Positions 1 through 8,288 of a stretch of DNA of 64,000 nucleotides are shown piece by piece; position 1 is the stretch's first letter, and each line of letters opens with the position of its first letter. The position numbers and the translations under genes are program-made. Source of the DNA: Candidatus Collierbacteria bacterium GW2011_GWB2_45_17 (lineage in GTDB: Bacteria > Patescibacteriota > Microgenomatia > UBA1400 > MFAQ01); contig LCKO01000006.1 of NCBI GenBank assembly GCA_001001485.1, positions 4,350-68,349 on the forward strand, read 5' to 3'. The notes beneath the pieces were generated by a model that saw nothing but the letters and a program-made list of their open reading frames with translations, was not told the origin of the DNA and ran no database searches.

Positions 1-468
1 ACTTTTTTAAACAGTGTCGACCGCTCCTACTACACAGAATTGATCGCCAACACCCTCCGCTCCCCTTCCTACCTTTCACTCGAGTACGTTTTGGCCAAAT
101 CCGGCCTCATCCCCGAAGGAGTCTTTGCTCTAGAATCTATTACTCTCAAATCGTCACGAGCCTACACTAACTTGCTCGGTCATTTTTCTTATCACAGCCT
201 CAAGCCCTCGCTCTTTACCGGCTACCACCAAATCACCTGGGACGACAAAGTTGTTCTCGAGGCGACCAGCGCCAAGGCCTTGTTTGATTGGCTCTATCTC
301 AAAAAAATGCTCGATGTTCGTGCTGAACTGACCCACGATCTGCGTCTTAACTGGGGTTATTTCTCATCTGCTGATTATCGCGAGTTTACCCAGTATGTTG
401 ACCTTTCCCACTCTCCAAAAATGCAGCAAATTAGTCGAATTATTCAAGAACTCTATGCTCATTCATGA
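1..468 (+). CDS. AbiEi-like type IV TA antitoxin / transcriptional regulator (5'-partial)
   Basis: Frame is open from base 1. IANTLRSPSYLSLEYVLAKSGLIPE and ATSAKALFDWLY motifs. Overlaps the AbiEii gene. Confidence 0.75.
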   Translation, partial: TFLNSVDRSYYTELIANTLRSPSYLSLEYVLAKSGLIPEGVFALESITLKSSRAYTNLLGHFSYHSLKPSLFTGYHQITWDDKVVLEATSAKALFDWLYLKKMLDVRAELTHDLRLNWGYFSSADYREFTQYVDLSHSPKMQQISRIIQELYAHS

Positions 469-1288
469 TTTAAAATCGGTCTATCTATCAAATAAGCAGG
501 CGCACCCGGGATATTTGCGCAATCTCCTCAAAGAACGCTTGCAGTTCTACGTCCTCCAATTTGTAAGCGTTTCACCCTGGTCGCAGTCACTCATTTTCAA
601 AGGGGGGACATGTCTGCGCTTTTTCTTTGACTTGCCCCGCCTCTCCGAAGACCTAGATTTTGATGTTCAGGATGAGGCAAATTTCCAGATGTCTTCCTTT
701 GTCGAGGCCATTAGAAAACATTTTGTCTCTACGCTTCAATTTACCGAGCTTACGACCAAAATCGCGGGTAACGGCCGCACCCTCTACCTCAAATTTCCCA
801 TTCTAGATCAACTCGGCCTGAAACTTACGCCGTCGGACAGCCAGATTTTATTTATTCGGCTCGATTTTTCTCCGGCTATTGGGCATTCCTACGCTGTCGA
901 GCTAGCTACCAAATCCACCCTTAATTTTTCCTTTATCATCCAGCGCTATTCTCTCCCCGACCTCATGGCTGGCAAAATTGCCGCCATCATCAAGCGGGAA
1001 ACTCTGGAAGGTACCATAAAACAACCACGCATCAAGGGCCGTGATTATTACGATCTCGTTTGGTATCTCGAAAAAAATATTCGGCCTAATTGGTCATACG
1101 TCAAAGATTTAGTTGGGCTCTCCAAAACCGATGTTCTAAAACTCCTCCTACAAAAGATCAAGGTCATCGACCCCGCCCAGCTCAAAGCCGACATTGCCCC
1201 CTTTTTCCCCGATCCTCAATTTGTCACCTCTTTCAGTCAAAACATTCACGCGCTTTTTACCAGTCACTTTAAGAATCTAAAGGATTAG
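455..1288 (+). CDS. AbiEii/AbiGii-family nucleotidyltransferase toxin (type IV TA)
   Basis: FKGGTCLRFFFDLPRLSEDLDF, K..A and KGRDYYDL motifs. Likely start is the ATG at 455, overlapping the antitoxin end. Confidence 0.88.
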   Translation: MLIHDLKSVYLSNKQAHPGYLRNLLKERLQFYVLQFVSVSPWSQSLIFKGGTCLRFFFDLPRLSEDLDFDVQDEANFQMSSFVEAIRKHFVSTLQFTELTTKIAGNGRTLYLKFPILDQLGLKLTPSDSQILFIRLDFSPAIGHSYAVELATKSTLNFSFIIQRYSLPDLMAGKIAAIIKRETLEGTIKQPRIKGRDYYDLVWYLEKNIRPNWSYVKDLVGLSKTDVLKLLLQKIKVIDPAQLKADIAPFFPDPQFVTSFSQNIHALFTSHFKNLKD

Positions 1289-1297
1289 GCATGGATG

Positions 1298-2878
1298 TTA
1301 GGCGTTTTCGCCATGTTGGCCCAGCTGTTTGGGTGAGAAGTCCATCATATGGCCCAGGAAACGCCAGCCGGCCATGAAGAGGAATTTGATGTCGTCCAGA
1401 TGCCTGATTTCCTTTACCTTACGAAGCATGAATTTGGGGCTTAAGAAGGATTTATAAAGATCTTGGGTGAGTTCCAAGACTTGTTTCTCCGTCAGAGGGG
1501 ATTTCATGACCGGCTTGCGCATGTCGTAGTCATCGTAGTCCTCGGAGAGAAGCCATCCTTCCTTCTTGCACTCTTTCCAAAGAGGCGTTCCCGGGTAAGG
1601 AATAACCACGGTGGCTTGGAGAGTGTCGACAAAACCCTTATCAAAACATTTCTTGGCCAGATCGACCGTTTTCCTGGCGTCTTCGTAAGTTTCCCAAGGA
1701 TAGCCCATCATGATGGTCAAGTGAGGATCCAGACCGCCCTTCTTGGCCATGCGGACACCTTCTTCGATCTGGTCAACCTTGACACCCTTATCCAGGTGAT
1801 CTAAGGTGTATTGATTGGCGGACTCCATACCGTAGAGAATGAAACGGAAGTTGGCTTTTCCCATTAGATCATAATGTTCTTGTTTGAGGGCGTTAAGGCG
1901 CATGTTACAACCAAAAACAACTTTTTTATGATAGCCGGAATCAATTAACAAATTACAAAAATCAATTAGCGGTTTACCGATCATAAAAGTGCCGGCATCG
2001 TCGAAGATTTCTTTGACGTGGTACTTATCGACGACGTGCTTGACTTCGTCAAATAGTCTTTGGGCCGTAAATCGGCGGTAGGAGCCGATGGGATTGATGG
2101 TATGGTCCCAGACACAGAAGGTACAGCGATTCCACCAGCAGTCGCGACCGGAGTACATGTAGGTGGCCGGGGTGTATTTGTAGTTACCGTTGTAGACGGC
2201 ATAGAGTTCCCACTTAGTAAGGTCTCGATCCACAAAAGGAAGAGTGTTCAGATCGTGTCCGATACTGGGTTTACCGGAATTGGCATAAACTGACGTTCCC
2301 TTTCTTTTGATGGTTTCGACCGGTTTTTGTTTAATTCTCTTATCCCCGATTCTCCACCAGACGCCACCTTCCAGCTCGGCGCCTTTGGATAAGTGATCCA
2401 GCAAATTGACGATAACAAAGTCGTAGTCACCTCCGGTGATGAGGTAGTCTACATTACTATTGTCCATCATTTCTTCCGGAGCAAAAGTGACATGATCCCC
2501 TACCCAGACGAGAAGGAGTTTGGGGAGCTCCTTTTTGAGGATCTTGGTCAGTTGCCAGTGTTTTTTGACGATCGGGGATTTGGTCTCGACCATGAGGACA
2601 TCAGGCTTGAACCTCTTAATTTCTTTTAGCCACTGCTCAAAAGTTTGTTCCTCCGCGATGCCATCCATCCATTTCACCTGGTAGCCATGAGCCTTCGCAT
2701 TGGAGGCGGCATAAGCCGGAACCATGGGGTAGATGAAGGTCTTGGCGTTGAAGTACTGAAACTGACGATTTTGGGAGAGTAACATGATCCCTTTGTCTGA
2801 GGGAGTGGGTGGATAACCGACAACAAGCCTTAAAGAGTGTTTGGTGCGGGGTGGTTGGTGCGAAGTGTTTTTAATCAT
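1298..2878 (-). CDS. B12-binding radical SAM protein (class B methyltransferase-like)
   Basis: N-terminal cobalamin-binding-like domain (VGDHVT), CWWNRCTFC cluster motif, GMESANQ, MMGYPWET, PYPGTPL. Confidence 0.85.
   Translation of the reverse strand: MIKNTSHQPPRTKHSLRLVVGYPPTPSDKGIMLLSQNRQFQYFNAKTFIYPMVPAYAASNAKAHGYQVKWMDGIAEEQTFEQWLKEIKRFKPDVLMVETKSPIVKKHWQLTKILKKELPKLLLVWVGDHVTFAPEEMMDNSNVDYLITGGDYDFVIVNLLDHLSKGAELEGGVWWRIGDKRIKQKPVETIKRKGTSVYANSGKPSIGHDLNTLPFVDRDLTKWELYAVYNGNYKYTPATYMYSGRDCWWNRCTFCVWDHTINPIGSYRRFTAQRLFDEVKHVVDKYHVKEIFDDAGTFMIGKPLIDFCNLLIDSGYHKKVVFGCNMRLNALKQEHYDLMGKANFRFILYGMESANQYTLDHLDKGVKVDQIEEGVRMAKKGGLDPHLTIMMGYPWETYEDARKTVDLAKKCFDKGFVDTLQATVVIPYPGTPLWKECKKEGWLLSEDYDDYDMRKPVMKSPLTEKQVLELTQDLYKSFLSPKFMLRKVKEIRHLDDIKFLFMAGWRFLGHMMDFSPKQLGQHGENA
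2837..2871. repeat. Degenerate heptamer array (GTGnnnn x5) in the first codons of the radical SAM gene
   Basis: gtgtttg gtgcggg gtggttg gtgcgaa gtgtttt. Inverted relative to the array at 3232-3266. Confidence 0.55.
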
Positions 2879-3230
2879 GATTTTTTAAATATTTTATTAA
2901 AGCGTTGATGGAAATTATCAGTTTTTCGTATTTTGACTTGATAATTTCATAATCAGCGAGATCAATGTATTTTAGTTTACTGCATATTCGCAACAAAACT
3001 ATTGTCTCCCCTATTGAGCCCCTTGAAATAACAAGAAAGTGTCTGAAATCTTTATGTGTGTCTCTGTAAAAACCCTCGGCGATATTGGCACAGACTGAGA
3101 CTGTTGCTCTAGATATTTGAGATGATAGCCCAAATTTTTCCACCGCGGGTAGGCTCTTGATTACCGAGTATATCTGCAAAGTAATTTCTTCTGCTTCATT
3201 AAGAATTTTGATATCTTCTAAGGTTTTCAT
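2871..3230 (-). CDS. Four-helix-bundle protein (23S rRNA IVP / Avd-like family)
   Basis: EKFGLSSQISRATVSVCANIAEGFYR..KDFRHFLVISRGSIGE signature. Confidence 0.9.
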   Translation of the reverse strand: MKTLEDIKILNEAEEITLQIYSVIKSLPAVEKFGLSSQISRATVSVCANIAEGFYRDTHKDFRHFLVISRGSIGETIVLLRICSKLKYIDLADYEIIKSKYEKLIISINALIKYLKNHD

Positions 3231-3231
3231 T

Positions 3232-3266
3232 GCACTATTAACTTTGCACTAAGCACTACGCACTAT
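3232..3266. repeat. Heptamer tandem array (GCACTAn) filling the gap upstream of the four-helix-bundle gene
   Basis: gcactat taacttt gcactaa gcactac gcactat, exact 7-nt period. Confidence 0.8.
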
Positions 3267-3533
3267 TCAGGGAAAGAGTTGTTTTCCAGTTTTGTCTTTA
3301 ATTATGATAGCAAGAACGGGGCAAGAACGTGCGGCCTCCATAACAGCATCGAGAGTGTCGCCATCAGGATCGCTAATGATGGCCTTGCCATCTGAGTCTC
3401 GTAGCAAAAAGGTCAGGGGGGCGGCGATGGAACAGGGACCGGCGGAGATACATTTATCGAGATCAACGGTGATGGTGTGGCCATCTTTGCGGACGGCTTC
3501 GCTTTTTGATTCGGTGGTGGTTACCTTGGACAT
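3267..3533 (-). CDS. Monocluster ferredoxin
   Basis: VDLDKCISAGPCSIAAP...AARSCPVLAI pattern. Confidence 0.85.
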   Translation of the reverse strand: MSKVTTTESKSEAVRKDGHTITVDLDKCISAGPCSIAAPLTFLLRDSDGKAIISDPDGDTLDAVMEAARSCPVLAIIIKDKTGKQLFP

Positions 3534-3567
3534 TGGTGTTTTATTTTAGCAGGAAAAGGTTAGGTAT

Positions 3568-3607
3568 GAGATTGCCACGACCCGCCATAGCGGGCCTCGC
3601 AATGACG
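3568..3607. repeat. REP-like palindrome (GAGATTGCCAC...CTCGCAATGACG family), intergenic
   Basis: gagattgccacgacccgccatagcgggcctcgcaatgacg. Related copies at 10936, 10978, 14207, 17282, 34891, 38703 and 48534. Confidence 0.85.
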
Positions 3608-3649
3608 GTGATGATTGATTTCGGTTATTGTTTGGTATTAAATGGAGGT

Positions 3650-3988
3650 ATGGATAAATTTAAAGTATTCAGCTATGAAGATCGTAGCGGAAAAGATTTG
3701 ATTATCAAATCAGTTAAAAGGTTTACAAAATCTCAAAAATCAAAATATATTCGTCAAACTCTATTTCTAAGAAACTATGGTATCACTCGGAACAATCCCG
3801 TACTTAAAAAAATCGTAGGGACTCGAATGTGGGAGATGAGAAGCCTAGGAAAAGACAATCTTCGAATCTTTTGTGCTGAATACAGAGATGGTGTTGTTTT
3901 GCTACATGTTTTTATTAAAAAAACGCAAAAGACCAGTTCTGGCGACTTGTTACTTGCCCAAAGAAGACTTTCAGAACTACTTGACTGA
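3650..3988 (+). CDS. RelE/HigB-like type II toxin (Gp49/DUF891-like)
   Basis: MWEMRSLGKDNLRIF and LLHVFIKKTQKT motifs. GGAGG lies just before the ATG at 3650. The longer ORF call runs through the REP. Confidence 0.8.
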   Translation: MDKFKVFSYEDRSGKDLIIKSVKRFTKSQKSKYIRQTLFLRNYGITRNNPVLKKIVGTRMWEMRSLGKDNLRIFCAEYRDGVVLLHVFIKKTQKTSSGDLLLAQRRLSELLD

Positions 3989-4009
3989 ATATACCTTTTA
4001 TGGTATATT
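3981..4009 (+). promoter_or_regulatory. Sigma70-type promoter for the antitoxin (probably leaderless transcript)
   Basis: TTGACT-17 nt-TATATT with an extended TG. The ATG is 6 nt downstream. Confidence 0.65.
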
Positions 4010-4015
4010 GTCTTT

Positions 4016-4303
4016 ATGAGAAACCTAAAGACAATTAATGAGTTCACCAAGGAGCTGCTTAAAGATCCCGAAGTCAAGGCTGAGTATGATAAACTCGAGC
4101 CTGAGTATCAACTCATGTGCGCAATTATTGAGGCAAGAAGAGAAAAAAGACTTAGTCAGAAGCAACTAGCCGTAAAGGCCAAGACAACCCAAGCCAAGAT
4201 TTCTATGATTGAAGCCGGTTTGTCAAACCCGACGATTCAGACAGTAAATTCAATTGCTATGGCTTTTGGGAAGAAATTGAGGATCGAATTTGTGTCTCGT
4301 TGA
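4016..4303 (+). CDS. XRE-family HTH antitoxin (HigA-like)
   Basis: LSQKQLAVKAKTTQAKISMIEAGLSNPTI helix-turn-helix, directly downstream of the toxin. Confidence 0.88.
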   Translation: MRNLKTINEFTKELLKDPEVKAEYDKLEPEYQLMCAIIEARREKRLSQKQLAVKAKTTQAKISMIEAGLSNPTIQTVNSIAMAFGKKLRIEFVSR

Positions 4304-4383
4304 GTAGAAGGAACACTTTCCAAAACGGAAATAGTTGGAGTAGAAAGTAATGTGCAATAATTGCACATTGTTCCAAAATGGAA

Positions 4384-5382
4384 CTATCTGGCTAACTTTT
4401 TCGTAAACAGGAAGCCTTGGAGAAAGCGAAGGCCGTACCAAAGATGGGTGATGAAGATGATTGGAATAGAGAGAAGAGATTGGAAGATGTTTTTTGAGAC
4501 GCCGGCTATCCAAATAGCATTGGCAATGAGAGATAGAAAATATCCTTTGAATAACAGCCAGCCAATCCGGTGAAAATAGTTTAATGGTGGTTGGTTTAAC
4601 CAACTAAGAAAAAGCAAGTAAAATATGCCTAGAACCAATAAGGACGGGCCAAAATAGACCAATTGAAGGGAGGTTTGGGGTAGAATTCTGGCAAAGAAGC
4701 CCCGATGAAGACCGAAGTTTCCATTTTGCCTAAGATGAGGGAACAAAATAGGTCGACGGTGATGGTAGACCAAGACTTGGGGATCGTATATAATTTTTTT
4801 ACCTAGTCTGTGAGTGAGATCGAGACAGAGCTTGGTATCTTCACCCGGCCAGAAGTTTGAGTCAAAACCACCAACTTTTTCGAAGTCCAGTTTGCGGACG
4901 GCTAGATTCATAGAAGGATAGTCTTTGACGAATCTTTTTTGGAAAAGCAGAAATCTATATAAATAAGGGCCGGAACCGATGGGAGAGGCAGAAGCCCAAC
5001 CGGAGGCGGCTTCTTGCCAACTGACTCCTGGAGGGGTGACTCCGGGACCACCGACACCGGCAATCATTGAATCCCTAAAGTGTGGCATCATATTTTTTAG
5101 CCAGTCCGGACTAGGAAATGCATCGTCGTCGATAAAGGCCAGGATTTCTCCTTTCGCCATTTTAGCTCCCACATCTCGCTTCTCGGCCGGGCCGACGTAG
5201 TGGCCGAAGTATTTTTGACGAAGTTTTGGGTAATTTAACTCAATCTTATAATCGCAGATCAGAATAATTTCGAAGCGTCGATAGGACTGTTTTTGAATAG
5301 CATCCAAACACTCTGCCAAATATGGATTTTTCTTTTTGTAATCGACAATGATGATAGAGACAATGGGGGGGGCTTTGTTCAT
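4384..5382 (-). CDS. GT2 glycosyltransferase with C-terminal TM helices
   Basis: LAFIDDDA and GGFD..FWPGED motifs. Confidence 0.85.
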   Translation of the reverse strand: MNKAPPIVSIIIVDYKKKNPYLAECLDAIQKQSYRRFEIILICDYKIELNYPKLRQKYFGHYVGPAEKRDVGAKMAKGEILAFIDDDAFPSPDWLKNMMPHFRDSMIAGVGGPGVTPPGVSWQEAASGWASASPIGSGPYLYRFLLFQKRFVKDYPSMNLAVRKLDFEKVGGFDSNFWPGEDTKLCLDLTHRLGKKIIYDPQVLVYHHRRPILFPHLRQNGNFGLHRGFFARILPQTSLQLVYFGPSLLVLGIFYLLFLSWLNQPPLNYFHRIGWLLFKGYFLSLIANAIWIAGVSKNIFQSLLSIPIIFITHLWYGLRFLQGFLFTKKLAR

Positions 5383-5389
5383 GGGGTGA

Positions 5390-5418
5390 TTGACTATACG
5401 TGTCTAATGGGTTATATT
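5390..5418 (+). promoter_or_regulatory. Sigma70-type promoter facing the DUF3800 3' end
   Basis: TTGACT (5390-5395), 17 nt spacer, TATATT (5413-5418). No plus-strand CDS follows. Confidence 0.6.
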
Positions 5419-5424
5419 TCTCTT

Positions 5425-5466
5425 AGTTAAGGACCAGCGTGAGCGGATTGCCATGGCTGGTCTTTA
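5425..5466 (+). ncRNA. Candidate DUF3800-associated hairpin ncRNA (copy 1; 3' end uncertain)
   Basis: UAAGGACCAGC/GCUGGUCUUUA 11-bp stem, inner GUG-GC/GC-CAU stem, GGAUU loop. Preceded by a promoter. Shares a core with 59142-59204. Confidence 0.6.
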
Positions 5467-6186
5467 CCGTATCTTGAGCCTAAATAAATAACTTGGGTTG
5501 ATTTTTGAGGCTATTTTCCTCCTAATAAATTTGATTTTCACTCTCTGAATTGGAGTCAATTTTGCACTCGAACCCTTATTTTCATAATAAAAGCGAGAAA
5601 TCAATGCCATACTGTCCGCTAGTTCAACATCGGGATCACGATTTCCCTTTGTAACGTAACTTAATGAGGTTACGTGTTCGCGGTATGTAGGACTATTCGA
5701 TTGATGATAATGATGAGCTCTTAATAGAAAGATATCTTGGTTCGTGTCTGATTCGGCTATTATTCTTCCATATAACTTTGTCTTCGACAAATTAAGTTTG
5801 AATTTTCTTAAAAGGGATCTGTAAGAGCGATTTAAAATCGTGTTAAGTTCCCAATTTCTTTTTTGGGCATGTTCCTTATTTACTATAATTGTAACAAAAC
5901 AGATCTTTTCATCGTTAATTACATTTATCAATTCTGACCAAAAATTTGTTTCCGCAACAGGGTCTTTCAGGGAAGCAAAAGGGCCGGCTTTACGGAATAT
6001 GTCACGCCCGTGAAGGATTATTTCAGAGTCACCGAAATATTTATCTTTTATTTTTGAGAGTGATCGATAAATCTTGTTTCTTCTTGATTCCTCGATAATA
6101 ACTCCACAAAGGATAAAATATTTTGATGGATGTCCATACGAAGCCTTGCCCGATTCATCAATAGAGAGTAGTTTGTATTTGTTCAT
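5464..6186 (-). CDS. DUF3800-family protein
   Basis: N-terminal IDESG, ILHGRDI and C-terminal ELAD motifs. AT-rich. ATGA overlap with the upstream GT2 gene. Confidence 0.8.
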   Translation of the reverse strand: MNKYKLLSIDESGKASYGHPSKYFILCGVIIEESRRNKIYRSLSKIKDKYFGDSEIILHGRDIFRKAGPFASLKDPVAETNFWSELINVINDEKICFVTIIVNKEHAQKRNWELNTILNRSYRSLLRKFKLNLSKTKLYGRIIAESDTNQDIFLLRAHHYHQSNSPTYREHVTSLSYVTKGNRDPDVELADSMALISRFYYENKGSSAKLTPIQRVKIKFIRRKIASKINPSYLFRLKIR

Positions 6187-7007
6187 TTATAGCGGAGTTT
6201 GAGATGGGGGTCACCCTCCCAGTGGTCGGATCCATCATCGTCGTAGTAGTGAAGAATATAAGTGCGGTAAATAATGGCTAGGTAATCGATAAAGAAATTT
6301 TGAACCGAAGAAAGTCCAACATTGCTCATAAAATTGCTGGAAATCTCGACTGGTGATTCATAGATCCGCTTAAAACCAACCCTGTTCGCGATGGTGAGCA
6401 TCTCGAGGTCAAAAGCCCAACGCTTGACGATCATCCTGGGGAGGACTTTGACCAGGACGGATCGTTTAAAAACTTTGAGGCCGGTTTGAGTATCTGAAAC
6501 ATTCAAACCAAAAAAGAATCTGGTGGCTCTTTGAACGATATGCGAGAGAATTTTCCTCTGCCAAGGATACTTGACCTTGCTGGCGTGATGCCGCTTACTT
6601 CCGATGATAATATCGGCATCGTACCACTTCATGTGTTCGAGAGCCAAACCAATACCTTTGGCATTGAGGTCTGAACCGGCATCAATAAAAGCGATTATTC
6701 CCCCCTTGGCTCTCGCCATACCAAAACGAACCGCATAACCCTTACCTTTGTTTTGTTTATATGAATAAACCTTGATATCTTGCCGACGCGTTTTTTTGGC
6801 TAGATGATAGGTTTTGTCCCGAGGTGATATACGACCATCAACCACGCAGAGAATCTCGTAGGGGCGATTTAATTGACTCAGGTAGTACTTAATTACAGTA
6901 AGATCGGTGACGATGGTTTTGCAGTTATAGGCAGGAACAATCACCGAAAGAAGCGAAGGATCAACTTTTCCGATTTTTATCTTTTTTCTTTTGGTGACCT
7001 TAGGCAT
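6183..7007 (-). CDS. GT2 polyprenyl-phosphate glycosyltransferase-like
   Basis: VIVPAYN, NKGKGYAV, FIDAG and DTQTGLK motifs. Confidence 0.85.
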   Translation of the reverse strand: MPKVTKRKKIKIGKVDPSLLSVIVPAYNCKTIVTDLTVIKYYLSQLNRPYEILCVVDGRISPRDKTYHLAKKTRRQDIKVYSYKQNKGKGYAVRFGMARAKGGIIAFIDAGSDLNAKGIGLALEHMKWYDADIIIGSKRHHASKVKYPWQRKILSHIVQRATRFFFGLNVSDTQTGLKVFKRSVLVKVLPRMIVKRWAFDLEMLTIANRVGFKRIYESPVEISSNFMSNVGLSSVQNFFIDYLAIIYRTYILHYYDDDGSDHWEGDPHLKLRYK

Positions 7008-7031
7008 GAAAGAATTTTACATCCAATAAAG

Positions 7032-8288
7032 TTATTTTGAATGGGGAGTTTGCCGACGGTAAAAATACACGAGCAGGGACAGGACCAAAAGGAAGTGAAT
7101 CGTAAGGTTCGACCAGATAATGCCGGAAAGGGAGGTACGGTTCATATATAAGAGCACTGGCTGAACGATGGTGGCTATCAGGAGCAGGTAGTTCGCCTGA
7201 GGGCGGCCCGTGGCCATGAGGAAAGAAAGGATAAACTGACTGAGAGCAAAGAAGACCATGGAAAATGCGAACAACCACAGATAAGGGGTGATGGCTAAGT
7301 ATTGGGATCCGGAAAGTATCCTGACAATGAAAGCCGGAAAAAGACTAAAAATACCGGCGCCTATGATCCCTAGAGCAAGGATTAGAACACCAAGCTTAAC
7401 CAAGACCGATTTGGCGGAGCCGGTGGCGGTATGACGATGGGTGGCAATGGGGAGGGTGAGAGCGATGAGAGGTGTAAGACCAAAAAGAATCATTCTGCCA
7501 AGAATGGACAGAGCGGAGTAGAGACCGGAGAAGTAAGAATCCGAAAAGGCTCTGACGACCAAAATATCGGTGGAGATGAGAGAAAGAGTACCTAGGGCAA
7601 AGAGGAAACTAAAACCGGTAAATCCTCCGAGTGAAAACCGTGGTGCTTTTTTGACTGTTAGGCGGGGAAAAATAGAGGGCCGGATCCTCCAAAAAATAAT
7701 GAGGGTGCCAATGATACTCGCGATCAGTTGACCAAGAACTGCCCCCGTAGCACCCAGGCCAAGACGGATAAGGAGAATGGATAAAACAATCGATAGAAAA
7801 ATACCGACAAAGCCGACGAGAGAGATAAAAATAAATTTCTGGAAAGCGGTAATGTAGGAAGTAACAATGGTTTGAAAAAGAGAGACAAACATACTAAGAC
7901 CAAGTACCACAAAGGCAGTGGGGTGAGCTTTGAACAAGACTGATAACGGACCGGCAAAGAAAATGAGAGCCAGGCCAAGGGTGACAGTAATGGGACTAAG
8001 AGTCTTCAAGAGATAGTAGAAGAATAGATTGGTAGAGACAGAGTCATCTTTCGCCTTGAAATCGGTGACGAACTTGGTGACCACGGTGGCGACGGTACCC
8101 ATGGGAATACTTAGGATATAGATTAGAGATAGATAAGACAAAAACTCCCCGTACTCGGCCGGGACAAGGAACCTCAGTAAAATCAGATGAAACAAATAGC
8201 GAAAAATGTTTTGGGTGAAGCTCGCCACGTAAAAGACCATAGTGCTTTTGGCTGTGGGAGTGGAGAGAGAATTGAATATTCGTTTCAT
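7032..8288 (-). CDS. Wzx-like oligosaccharide flippase
   Basis: About 12 TM segments. RFLVPAEYGEF and TDILVV..GLYSA MOP-family patterns. Confidence 0.8.
   Translation of the reverse strand: MKRIFNSLSTPTAKSTMVFYVASFTQNIFRYLFHLILLRFLVPAEYGEFLSYLSLIYILSIPMGTVATVVTKFVTDFKAKDDSVSTNLFFYYLLKTLSPITVTLGLALIFFAGPLSVLFKAHPTAFVVLGLSMFVSLFQTIVTSYITAFQKFIFISLVGFVGIFLSIVLSILLIRLGLGATGAVLGQLIASIIGTLIIFWRIRPSIFPRLTVKKAPRFSLGGFTGFSFLFALGTLSLISTDILVVRAFSDSYFSGLYSALSILGRMILFGLTPLIALTLPIATHRHTATGSAKSVLVKLGVLILALGIIGAGIFSLFPAFIVRILSGSQYLAITPYLWLFAFSMVFFALSQFILSFLMATGRPQANYLLLIATIVQPVLLYMNRTSLSGIIWSNLTIHFLLVLSLLVYFYRRQTPHSK

Noticed and set aside
3506-3649. N-terminal extension of the RelE-like ORF
   Set aside because: It runs through the divergent ferredoxin start and a REP. 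The toxin-like sequence begins at ATG 3650.
5428-5466. Hairpin as a plain intrinsic terminator of the DUF3800 mRNA
   Set aside because: No U-tract follows it on the minus strand, G-U pairs favour the plus strand, and a plus-strand promoter precedes it. Not fully excluded.
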